NCBI RefSeq assembly: GCF_902713615.1 | Contig: NW_024055477.1 | Span: forward strand, 62,001-126,000 | Direction of reading: 5' to 3' | DNA: 64,000 nucleotides | Source: Scyliorhinus canicula | Lineage: Eukaryota | In this document: positions 21,504-32,504 of the stretch, in pieces | Layout: each line of letters begins with the position of its first letter | How positions within the stretch are numbered: the stretch's first letter is position 1 | Notes under the pieces: generated by a model | Database searches by the model: none | Seen by the model: only the letters and a program-made list of their open reading frames with translations | What the model was told of the DNA's origin: nothing | Program-made: the position numbers and the translations under genes

Positions 21504-24500
21504 ATGCATAATCCAATTTATACTGCTGAGAAAATATTCTACCCAATCGTTGCTATCGTTGGTGTTCCTGGTAAGTGACTATCACCATTGAACTGTAAAT
21601 CTGTATGTGAGCGGCTCTCTGATTTGAAACTCTGAGTGAAAATGTTTAATCCTGATCTCGTGCTCACTGTGATACAGACACCTGATCAACAATATCATTG
21701 TCAAATGTCTTTAAGCATGTCAATGGTTTGAATCCCTTCCATCAACTCACAATAAACCTCTGTTTGTTACTCACTGGATCTCTGACCGGTGAAGTTATTA
21801 TATTGAGTGGGATCTTGTATAATGTTAGATTGGATCTCAGTGAAGGCAATTTCTCTGAAGGGAGGTTTAGGAGGAGAAATAATTAAAGCACACTGCGTGT
21901 GGGTCATTAACCAGAGTGGAATATCTGACATTGGTGAACAAGGATTACTGGAAGTATCTCAGTGTAGGATTGTACTGAGTGTGGGTCTCTCACCAGAGTG
22001 GAATATCTGATCTAATTATCTCTCTATTTCTGCGGCTATCTGTCCATGTGGAATTGTATTGTGTGTGGATCAGTAACTGGACTGACATTAGTTAGTTCTA
22101 TTTTGAAATTATGTATTTTATTGATGAGTTGTCGCTCCATTCTGTGGAGTTCTCTCTGTGAGTTTTAACTTTGGAATAGGTTGAAAACAGGAAGAGTTTG
22201 AAAATGAAATGAAAATGAAAATTGCTTATTGTCACGAGTAGGCTTCAATGAAGTCACTGTGAAAAGCCCCTAGTCGCCACATCCCGGCGCCTGTCGGGGA
22301 GGCTGGTACAGGAATAGAACCGTGCTGCTTGGCCTGCTTGGTTTGCTTTAAAGCCAGCGATTTAGCCCAGTGAGCTACACCACCTCCAGTGAGCTAAACC
22401 AGCCCCTCGTGAGCTAAACCAGCTCATGTTTGGCTGGGTTTTGAAGATGTTTGATATTCATTGTATGAAGTGAAATGTCCCTATCTCTGTTTTCTATTGA
22501 CCTACTCCAACAGGAACAAACATGACCCAAACTTCAATATTTCATAAAACCCACAACAGTGCAGTATTCCAATAGGTTTTGTGATATTTTCTCATTTCTA
22601 TTCATTCTGAAATGAACTCACATGTTTGATCAATTGTTATGGATGTTTTTAAACTGTGTTTCTGCTTCACACGAATTGTGAATCTATTCACCTGAACCCA
22701 GAAACCCCTCCAGTCCATTCACACACTTGTTTTCCAAGGAGTGATTGCGGGACTTATTGTTCTGATCAAAATGCAGCAGCGGACATTGATCTGTCGGGAA
22801 ATTAATTTCCCGTTGAAATACACACTTTGGAAATTCATAATTACTGATAATGTGTTCCTGTAATTAGTTGTATTCTTCCTCTGTATTCACTATCACTCTC
22901 AATTTGATTTTGTCTGTAAATTGTGTAATTATCGTTCTGCTTCCCGATTCCATACTGGTGATGGGAATGGTGAAGGAGAGTGATCCCAGTGCTGATCCTT
23001 GTGGGACACCACTTCCCACCTTCCACCAATCAGCCTAAATCCCTTAAACTCCTCTCCCTGTTTTGTGTGTGTGTCGCCAGCATGTGTCCATTCTGCTGCT
23101 GTGTCCCCTAACTCCACTGGCTCTGAGATTACCCATGAGTCTGTTATTCGGATCTTACTGACGGCCTTTAGAAACTCAAATTGTTTAACATCTGTTATAC
23201 TACTCAGATCTATTATTTCTGATAGTTATTACAATAATTGGATGAAATGTGTCAGGAATAATGTTGACTTTGGAATATGTGCCGACTATTTAGTAGACTC
23301 TGTGTTACTGGATTTCTTAAACTCAGACGTCTAATTCAATTTTTCCTACTGTTGACATTGTGACTGGAAGATTTTATTATATTCTGTTGTAAATTCAAGA
23401 ATAACAGAGACCGACTTCTGCTTTTCAATTCTTTGGTAATTATTCTGATGGTGATCAGTGAGTAGATAATATTGTCTCTGCTATTTCTCTCTATTTTATG
23501 AATATTTGTTGCTGAAATCCATCTGCCTCCAGTAATCTCCCTCTACCTGGACCCCACCCTCTGGCCTCCTCCCTCTGGCCTCCTATCAGCTCTTGATCTT
23601 TTCATTGAGATCTGTCAGTGAAATGAAATGAAAATGAAAATCGCTTATTGTCACGAGTATCCTTCAATGAAGTTACTGTGAAAAGCCCCTAGTCGCCACA
23701 TTCCGGCGCCTGTCCGGGGAGGCTGGTACGGGAATCGAACCGTGCTGCTGGCCTGCTTTATAAGCCAACGATTTAGCCTTGTGAGCTAAACCAGCCCCTA
23801 AACCAGTGCGACACGACCGTCTCAATTTCTCTGTGCCTCTCACCAACTCTATCCTGACTCACTCGAATCTTGCTCCAATCCTCTCTCTAATAGCCAACCC
23901 TGGCCTGGTTACCTGAGCTGACCACAAGGGTTTGTGCCATTATTGTCTGGTGTACTGACTTATTCCTCACAGAGACTGGCCGTCAACTCTCAGGCCCATC
24001 CTGCTACCTCCTCCTGGACAAGCAGCACACCACCAAACATCATCATATTGTTCCCAGGACATTCACTGACCTCATTGGCTCTGGATATCCTCTGACCACA
24101 GCCTCGGACATCATCGTCCCACAACCCCACACATCCTGCATCAACCTCCCGCTTCTACCTCCTTCCCAAAATCCACAAACAGGAAAGTCCCAGTAGACCC
24201 ATTATTTTGGCCTGTTCCAGCCCCAGCAAGATCATTTCTTCCTCTCTTAATTCCGTCCGCTTTATCCTGTTCTGTCCCTTCCCAATGACATTGGTGGCAC
24301 AGTAACGCAGTGGTTGGCACTGCTGCCTCACAGCACCAGGGTCCCCGAATCAATTCCAGCTTTGGTGACTGTGTGGAGACTGCAGTTCTCCCTGTGTCTG
24401 CGTGGGTTTCCACCGGGTGCTCAGGTTTCCTCCCACAGTCCAAAGATGTGCAGGTTGGGTGGCTTGGCCATGATAAATTGTGTTTAGTTTCCAAACAATT

Positions 24501-26037
24501 TAGATGGGGTCACTGGGTTATGGGGATGGGGTGGTCTTAACTGGTGCTTACTTTCCAAGGGCCGGTGCAGACTCGATGGGCTGAATGGCCTCCTTTTGCA
24601 CTATACATTCTACATTTCTATTCCTCCCATGATTATGAAGTGGGAAGGTCCTGCGTTTGTTTTATTTTTCCATTGATCGTGGAGGATTCAAATAAACCAG
24701 GGGTGGTGTCCAACTCCATCAGAAACCCAGTCCAGGGAACGGTCCAATCCGGGGTTTGGTCCAATAATTGAGCAGGGATGACAATCTCTGGTATGTTTGT
24801 ATCCGGTTTGGGAAACCTGGCCGGCCTGAGTGAATCCGGTAAATCAGACTGAATGAGAAATGTAACCTCTCCCAAAGGTATCTGAATTATAAACATTTTC
24901 CTACCACTGCCATCAAACTGACAGGGCTGTAATTCACACTTTCCCCCCCATTCCCCATCTTTAACACTGGAGTTACATTTGCTACTTCCCTCTCTGCAAT
25001 GTTAATCTCTGTGCCCACTCCTCTCCCAACACCCCTACCCACCCACTGTCCATTATATTGATGCTGACATTATGTTCAGACAGGGAGATTGATTATCCAG
25101 TAATTTCCCGCGTCTCTCCTTTCTCTCTCTGACAGTTAATTTACTGGGAATTGTGATTCTGTGTCGGGGGAAGTGTGGTCTCTCTACCTGCACCACTCGC
25201 TACCTGGTGGCCATGGCAACGGCGGATCTGCTGTTTATTATCACTAAACCCATACTGAACATGATCGATTATTATTATTTCCCCCTGAGTTTCCTGTCGC
25301 TCACCCCTGTGTGCCGTGTTAACACTGGCCTGATAGCTGCAGCCAGGGACTGTTCTGTCTGGTTCACTCTCACTTTTTCCTTTGATCGATTTGTGGCCAT
25401 TCGCTGCCAGAAACTGAAAACTAAATATTGCACCGGGAAAACTGCGGCTGTGGTTCTGTCAACAACCGGCCTCCTGCTCTGTGTGAAAAACATTCCCTGG
25501 TACTTTATGTATAAACCTAGACGGATAATCGACAATGTCCAGTGGGGCTGTCGGATAAAGAGCAGCTATTGGACTGACACGGGATGGGTTGGATATTCCT
25601 GGTTTGATCAGGTGTTAACCCCATTGATCCCGTTCTTCTCAATCCTGTTGACCAACGCTCTGACATTCAGACACATTTTACTCACCAGTCGGGTCCGGAA
25701 GACACTGAGGGCTCAGAGTCAGGGAGACAATCGCACAGACCCAGAGATGGAGAGCAGAAGGAAGTCAATGATTTTACTCTTCAGCATCTCCGGAACTTTC
25801 ATTCTCCTCTGGACCGTGTACGTTATTAAATTTTTCTATTTGGATTTGTCATATGTTGATTACCTCACCGATCCTCAATATAATTTACAACAAATCGGAT
25901 ATATGCTGCAGGATTTAAATTGCTGCACAAACACATTTATTTATGTGGTGACTCAGTCCAGGTTCAGGGAGGAGATCAAGATAGCGATGAAATATCCGGT
26001 TACATCAATTATTAAATTAATGAGTAAATCAAACTGA
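21504..26037 (+). CDS. GPR139/GPR142-like class A GPCR, two coding exons (21504-21570, 25136-26037), 322 aa
   Basis: Exon 1 MHNPIYTAEKIFYPIVAIVGVP + G|GTAAGT; acceptor ctctctgacAG|TT; spliced CDS 969 nt in frame; seven hydrophobic segments, FDRF motif, ECL disulfide Cys, TNTFIY in TM7. Family assignment is from recognition, not a search. Confidence 0.88.
23500..24285 (+). mobile_element. Degenerate Penelope-like RT fragment in the GPCR intron
   Basis: FYLLPKIHKQ..P.RPI motif near 24150-24210. Confidence 0.6.
24290..24620 (+). mobile_element. V-SINE copy with CR1-type (TTCTA) tail
   Basis: Related copies at about 28390-28528(-), 38825-39148(-), 39190-39512(+), 42060-42278(-), 45117-45437(+), 46545-46852(-), 49975-50275(+), 54085-54310(+), 54810-55125(+), 62735-63070(-), 63070-63265(+), 63578-63890(+). 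Confidence 0.85.
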
Positions 26038-26255
26038 CTGACAGCCTCTCAGCCAATGGGCAGCTCCAGCCGCTGACTGACAGCCTCTCAGCCAATCAGC
26101 AGCTCCAGTCGCTGACTGACAGCCTCTCAGCCAATCAGCAGCTCCAGCCGCTGACTGACAGCCTCTCAGCCAATTATCAACTCCAGCTGCTGACTGATAG
26201 CCTCTCATCCAATCAGCAGCTCCAGCCGCTGGCTGACAGCCTCTCAGCCAATCAA
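26034..26255. repeat. 39-bp minisatellite, each unit with CCAAT
   Basis: (ctgactgacagcctctcagccaatcagcagctccagccg), about 5-6 units, starting at the GPCR stop codon. Confidence 0.9.
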
Positions 26256-26847
26256 CTGTGGGGGAGCACTGACAGTGGTGGCTGTGGGGGAGCACAGTCA
26301 GTGCTGGCTGTGGGAGGGACTGGCTGTGCTGGCTGTGGGGGGCACCGGCAGTGCTGACTGTTGGGGAGGAGCACCTTGTCCAATCGACCCAATCTCTCGT
26401 CCCAGGACATTTCAGCAACCTCGCTATCAGCCGGTTGACCCTCCGCTGCTCTCCCTCTCTGGCAAATATATCCTTTCTCAGTTAGGGAGACCAAAATCTG
26501 TAAATAGTACTCAAGGTGTTGTCTCACCAAGGCCTTGTATAACTGCAGTAAGACAACTCCCCTTCTGAACTCAAATCCCTCTTGCATTGAAGGCCAACAT
26601 ATCATTGGCCTTCTGAACTGCTTGCTGCACCCGCCCCCCCACTCTCCACTTTCACTGACTGGTGTACGAGGTCACCCCGATCAGTCTGTCCCTCCACATA
26701 TCCCAACATCTCACTGTTTAAATACCACTCTTTCCTTCAGTATATTTTACACCAACCTGTACAACTGACAGAAATATCTCAGTGTGGGTGACACGGGGCA
26801 CACTGGTTAGCACAGCTGCCTACGGCACTGAGGACACAAGGGCCGAT

Positions 26848-27279
26848 CCGTGAACTGTCATAAAATGACCGCTGTGAACTGTCATAAAATGGCCACCGTG
26901 AACTGACACAAAATGGCCGCCGTGAAGTGACATAAAATGGCCACCGTAAACTGACCTAAAATGGCCGCCAAGAACCGACAAAAAATGGCCACCGTGACCT
27001 GACATAAAACGGCCGCCATGAACTGACATAAAATGGCCGCCATTAATTAACATAAAATGGCCGCCGTGAACTGTCATAAAATGGCCACTGTGACCTGACA
27101 TAAAATGGCCACCATTAATTAATATAAAATGGCCACCGTGAACTGACATAAAATGGCCACTGTGAACTGACATAAAATGGCCACCACGAACTGACTTAAA
27201 ATGGCCGCCGTGAACAGACATAAAATGGCCACCGTGAATTGACATAAAATAGCCGCCGTGAACTGGTACAAAATGGTGG
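26848..27279. repeat. 24-bp minisatellite, 18 units
   Basis: (ccgtgaactgacataaaatggccr)n; 18 x 24 = 432 bp. Confidence 0.95.
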
Positions 27280-27329
27280 GAAACAAGGAGAAGGTGGATC
27301 ACACCCCAGATCGTTCAGGAAGGGCATCA

Positions 27330-28320
27330 CGGAGGGTGTGCGGGAGAGAGGGGGAAGGGCTCGGCGAGAGAGGGGGTTAGGGAAATGGGGCTGGGGGGAG
27401 AGGGGAAGGGTTAGGGAAAGGGAGGCTGGGGGAGAAAGAAGTGAAGGGTTAGAGAAACGGGGTAGGGTTAAGGAAAGGGGGGCTGGGGGGAGAGGGGTAG
27501 GGTTAGGGAAAGGGGGGCTGTGGGGATAGGGGAAAGGGTTGGGGAAATGGGGGGGCTGGGGGGAGAGGGGATGGGTTAGGGAAAGGGGGCTAGGGGAGAG
27601 AGGAGAAGGGTTAGGGAAAGGGGGGCTGTGGGGATAGGGGAAAGGGTTGGGGAAATGGGGGGCTGGGGGGAGAGGGGATGGGTTAGGGAAAGGGGCTAGG
27701 GGAGAGAGGAGAAGGGTTAGGGAAAGGGGGCTGGGGAGAGAGGGGAAGGGTTAGGAAAAGGGGGCTGGGGTAAAGAGGGGGAGGGTTAAGGAAAGGGGGC
27801 AGGGGGAGAGGGGAAGGTTTAGGGAAAGGGGGCTGGGGAGAGGGGTAGGGTTAGGGAAAGGGGGCTAGGGGGAGAGGGGAAGTTAGGGAAAGGGGGCTAG
27901 GAGTAGAGGGGTAGGCTTAGGGAAAGGGGGCTAGGAGTAGAGGGGTAGGCTTAGGGAAAAGTGGGCTGGGGAGAGAGGGGAAGGGTTATGGAAGGGGGGC
28001 TGAGGGAGAGAGGGGAAGGGTTAGGGAAAGGGGGGCTGGGGGGTGGGAGAGGAGGAAGGTTAGGGAAAGGGGGGCTGCGAGAGAGAGAGGGGAAGGGTTA
28101 GGGAAAGGGGGGCTGGGGAGAGAGGGGAAGGGTTAGGGAAAGGGGAGCTGGGGTTAGAAGGGAGGGTTAGGGAAAAGCAGGCTGGGGGGAGGGTAAGGGT
28201 TACGGAAAGGGGGCTCAGGGGAGGGGAAGGGTTAGGGAAAGGGGGCAGGGGTAGAGAGGAGATGGGTGAGGGAAGGTGGGCTGGGGGGAAGAAGGGAAGG
28301 GTTAGAGAAGATTGATAGAG
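27330..28320 (+). repeat. G-rich minisatellite with GGGTTAGGG core
   Basis: Units of about 33-35 bp, gggttagggaaagggggctgggggagagggg, over about 1 kb. Confidence 0.9.
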
Positions 28321-29532
28321 AAATGCAGCACAGACCAGGCCCTTCGGTCCATGGTGTTGTGCCGAACGTTTGTCCTAGGTTAATCATAGAATTTTGGACA
28401 CTAAGGGCAATTTTTCATGGCCAATCCACCCAACCTGCACATCTTTGGACTGTGGGAGGAAACCGAAGTACCCGGAGGAAACCCACGCACACACGGGGAG
28501 GATGTGGACACTCCACACAGACAGTGACTGTAGAAGTCAGGTATTTTAAATACACTTAATATAGGTAAAAAGGCTGTTTAAAGCATAAATATTAAATCCC
28601 AGTTTTAAAATGAAAGAAACATACAATTTCCAAACTCAGACATGAGTTTGGGAAACACAGAACCACTGATAAAAACATCACATTCTTTCAAGGACAGGGG
28701 CTAAATCCCATGGGCTGTAAGGTGGAATCATTAAAGGCTCCATTGTTCTGATTTCAGGCCACTTGTGATAACAGCCTGAACCACATTCCATAACGTATGC
28801 AAGCCGAAACATTTTAGACTGTGTTAAGATAGTTTCAATTATATTTTCGTAATTATAGTATGATGAGATGACATAACGTCTCAATTGTTGCAGATAAGCA
28901 ACAATTGGAAGTGGCGTTGAATCGTGAGGATGGACGGCTTGTTATCAAATCAAATGTGTTTTGAATATAGCTTAAACCAATTAGGATTATATTGGGGTGT
29001 GATCGGATGGCTTAAGACAGATATGAAATAGTATATCCATGGATGATTTGGCCACCATTTTAGACAGAAAGAGAAGAAAGACAGAAAGACAGAAAAAGAC
29101 AAAAAGAGACAGAGAGGGAAAGGACAGAAAGAGACAGAGAAAGAAAGGAAGAAAGAGACAGAGAGAAAGAGACAGGAAAGAGACAAAGAGAACAAGACAG
29201 AAAGAGAGAGAGAGAGAGAAAGTAAAGGAAGAGAATTAGAAAAGAGTTCTGTATTCCTATTTCATTTTCATACTTTGACTTCAGCCTTTGACTTTTAAAG
29301 TTGTGTTCAGGCTATTGTCTCAGAAGATAATTCCTGTGATTCTTTGAAGAAAATCAAATTGTCTACAAACTACCTTTTAAATCATTTTCAAGTTGTAACC
29401 AATGAACTTCAAATAAAACAATTCTTATTTGCACCTGACAAGTTTTCAACTTGAATTTCTACTGAGTTTCAACAATGTCTCAACAACAACCGGTAAATTG
29501 AATAAAACTTCACAATCCGAAGATACAACACT

Positions 29533-29550
29533 TGGCGTAGTCAGGCAGCG
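29533..29550 (+). other. Primer-binding site, tRNA-Ser type
   Basis: TGGCGTAGTCaGGCAGcg versus the complement of vertebrate tRNA-Ser 3' end TGGCGTAGTCGGCAGGAT (1-nt insertion). Confidence 0.75.
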
Positions 29551-29837
29551 GGGGAGGAGTTCTGATACGACCTTCGGAGAGGTTCGGAAAGCTTCGTGAG
29601 AAATCGGAGGAGGACCAGGCGACGACGGAAGCTTCGGGAATAATCGGAAGACAGTCGGAATCCACGGCTAGACTGGGGTAAGAAATATCTTTTTCACCCA
29701 TTAAGTCTTAAAGCCGCATCAATCAGTGCTTCGACCCATGAAAAGGACATTTTTATAGACTGTGTTAAATCAATCAGCTGCCGGTTGTTGAGACTAACGC
29801 AGCCGACACACAAAAAGTTAAGTGAAAGGTTGAATTT

Positions 29838-32504
29838 ATGGCTGATCCAGATGAAAGTATAGATTTAGACCCTTTAGAAGGCAGAAATTTACTCCCTACG
29901 ACGGTAAAAGGAGGAACTGGGATACCAGATGTTTCCGTTGAAGATATGTTGGGGGATTTTGGGTCTTTCTTTCGTAAACAAGTTGACCTATGTGAAACCT
30001 CAAGAAAAATTGAATCAAAGTATAATATCCGCAGAGGACAGTGGTCCTTTGATAATATCAAGAGAGCATGGGGAAAAAGCACACGATTGCACAGTGCAGA
30101 ACGTGTTAAATGGTCCCTGGCAATTATGGGACAATTACGCAGACAGCAAGAGATAATTACTAAAAATAAAACTGATCATGAGTATAGGACCACTAAAGAC
30201 CAACTAATTGCAGTTGTTGAAGAATTGCAAGATGCAAAAGCAAAACTTGAATCTGACGATGAAATTAGAGCTGATTTGGAAAACAAAATCTCTGAACTCC
30301 AGCAGTTGCCTGTTCAAATAGCAGAAGTACAAAATCAAATTTTTGAGGTGGAATTAAAAAACCAACAGCTGCAATCAAAAACTGAGCAAATTGAATTTGA
30401 AAAGTACAAGTTAATTGAAGAAAACTGTGTTTTAGAAAGAGAATTGCGAGATGTAAAATCCAAATTTGAACAGGACGATGAACTTAGAACAGAATTGCAA
30501 AACAAAACTTCTAAACTCCAGCAGTTATCTGTTCAAATAGAGTTCCAAAATCAAATTTTTGACGTAGAGTCAAAATACAAACAGTTGCAATCAAAAACTG
30601 ATCAAACTGAACTTGAAAATTCCAAGTTAATTGAAGAAAAATGTGTTTTAGAAAAAGAATTGCAAGATACAAAAGCAAAACTTGAACATTATGATGAAAT
30701 TGGAACAGAATTGCAAAACAAAACTTCTAAACTCCAGCAGTTATCTTCTCAAATAGCAGAATTACAAAATCAAATTTTTGAAGTGGAGTCAAAATACCAA
30801 AAGTTGCAATCAAAAACTGAGCGAATTGAACTTGAAAAGTACAAGGTAATGGAACAAAAATGTGTTTTAGAAAGAGAATTGCAAGATGCAGAATCCAAAC
30901 TTGAACATTATGATGAAATTGGAACAGAATTGCAAAACAAAACCTCTAAACTCCAGAAGTTATCAAACAGCAGAATTACAAGATCAAATTTTTGAAGTAA
31001 AGTCAAGATACCAAAAGTTGCAATCAAAAACTGAGCGAATTGAATATGATAATTGCAAGTTAATCGAAGAAAGATATGTTTTAAAAAAAGATTTAAACAC
31101 TGCCACTGAAAGCGGCAAGGTCCTAAAAGACTGGATTCAAACAGCAGCTGAAGTAACACAAACTCAACAAGCAACCCACCTAGTGGCACAATTGGCAAAT
31201 GCACAGCCGAGATCAAGTGTCAAGAATAAATTAATTCCTCTGCCAAATGAATCAGACGAAGATAGTGTTCCTACAAAGCGTAATACTAAATTAATTCAAC
31301 TAGCCCCTTTAAAACGCAAACGGGTTAGAGTTGGAAGCAAAAAAATAGAGGAAGAAGGTGAAACTATCTCTAGAAACATATTTGATCATCAATGGACTCA
31401 GGAACCAGCAGAGCCTGCACAAATTGACGAATGGTCCAAAAATCTCCCACATCCTAAAAAGGGTGGTATGTCCACATGGAATGGAATTAACAGATTAAAA
31501 TCCATTTACAGTCTCCACCCATTTGATGGAGTACAAGTTCTAACTATCATGCTCGGTACTCGCGTAATTTCAACCCTTAGAACTGAGGTGGAATTTGCCC
31601 TTGGAGACGATTTGCAAAATTTAGACGCTGGTTGGCTAGCAATCAGGGATTGGCTATTAACATATCGCCCCCCCCGAGGACCGATTGGTCTAAGATCACA
31701 TCTTGCATTCAAAAAAGTAATGAAGATATTCAGGATTTTGAGGACAGATTTTTACAGACTTGGATGGAATATTCGGGAATGACACTTACAGACGAAACTG
31801 ACACATGGGATGCAAGCAATTTAAATCCATTAAAAACGGCTTTTGTAGCCGGTGTTAAACCTGAAGTTTCTGATGCCTTGAATTTGGTTTTACCATCTTG
31901 GGCCAAAACTGGCACATACCGAGACATAGTTGACCGGTGCATTCAGATAGATCGCGGTTTACGCAATCGGACAAGCTCATCAGCAGTGACTAAAGCACCA
32001 CCACAAGATTCAGGGCAAACATGTACCCTGGCTCCATTAAAATCACGTAAGGAAAATATACCACAATGTCTTTACTGCGGTAAAGTAGGACACTGGATGG
32101 CAAAATGCTATCTTAAACTACGGATGGATTCGAGAGATGATAATGAGGCAGACAATTTTCACTACAATACATTTCCACCTCGTGGTCAACCACGTAATGC
32201 GCACAAACAAGATGCACCTAGGGTAACGTTCCAACAAGACAGACCCAGACTTACGTTTAAAACCTCCCAACCTTATCCATGTGGGGAGGAACCTTACCCA
32301 CGTAGGGAGGAATCTTACCCATGTGGGGAGGAACCTTACCCACGTAGGGAGGAATCTTACCCATGTAGGGAGAAATCTTACCCACATGGGGACGAACCGT
32401 ACCCACGTAGGATTCTACACGATAACAATGCTATGAATGAAATGTTAAACAGCTGTCCTCCAGCTCAAAGACGTTCTCTGTGTGATAATTCAAAAAACTA
32501 CTAG
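29838..32504 (+). pseudogene. gag: Retroviral gag with two frameshifts
   Basis: Frames 29838-30965, 30966-31675, 31676-32504; 5-nt deletion at about 30965 and a C8 homopolymer indel at 31668-31675; CCHC knuckle CLYCGKVGHWMAKC. Confidence 0.9.

Noticed and set aside
26820-27302. 160-aa His/Gly-rich ORF (HGGHFMSV)n suggesting a metal-binding protein, and a CRISPR-like look of the 24-bp array
   Set aside because: Pure tandem repeat whose period is a multiple of 3; no unique spacers, no splice or promoter support, eukaryotic context.
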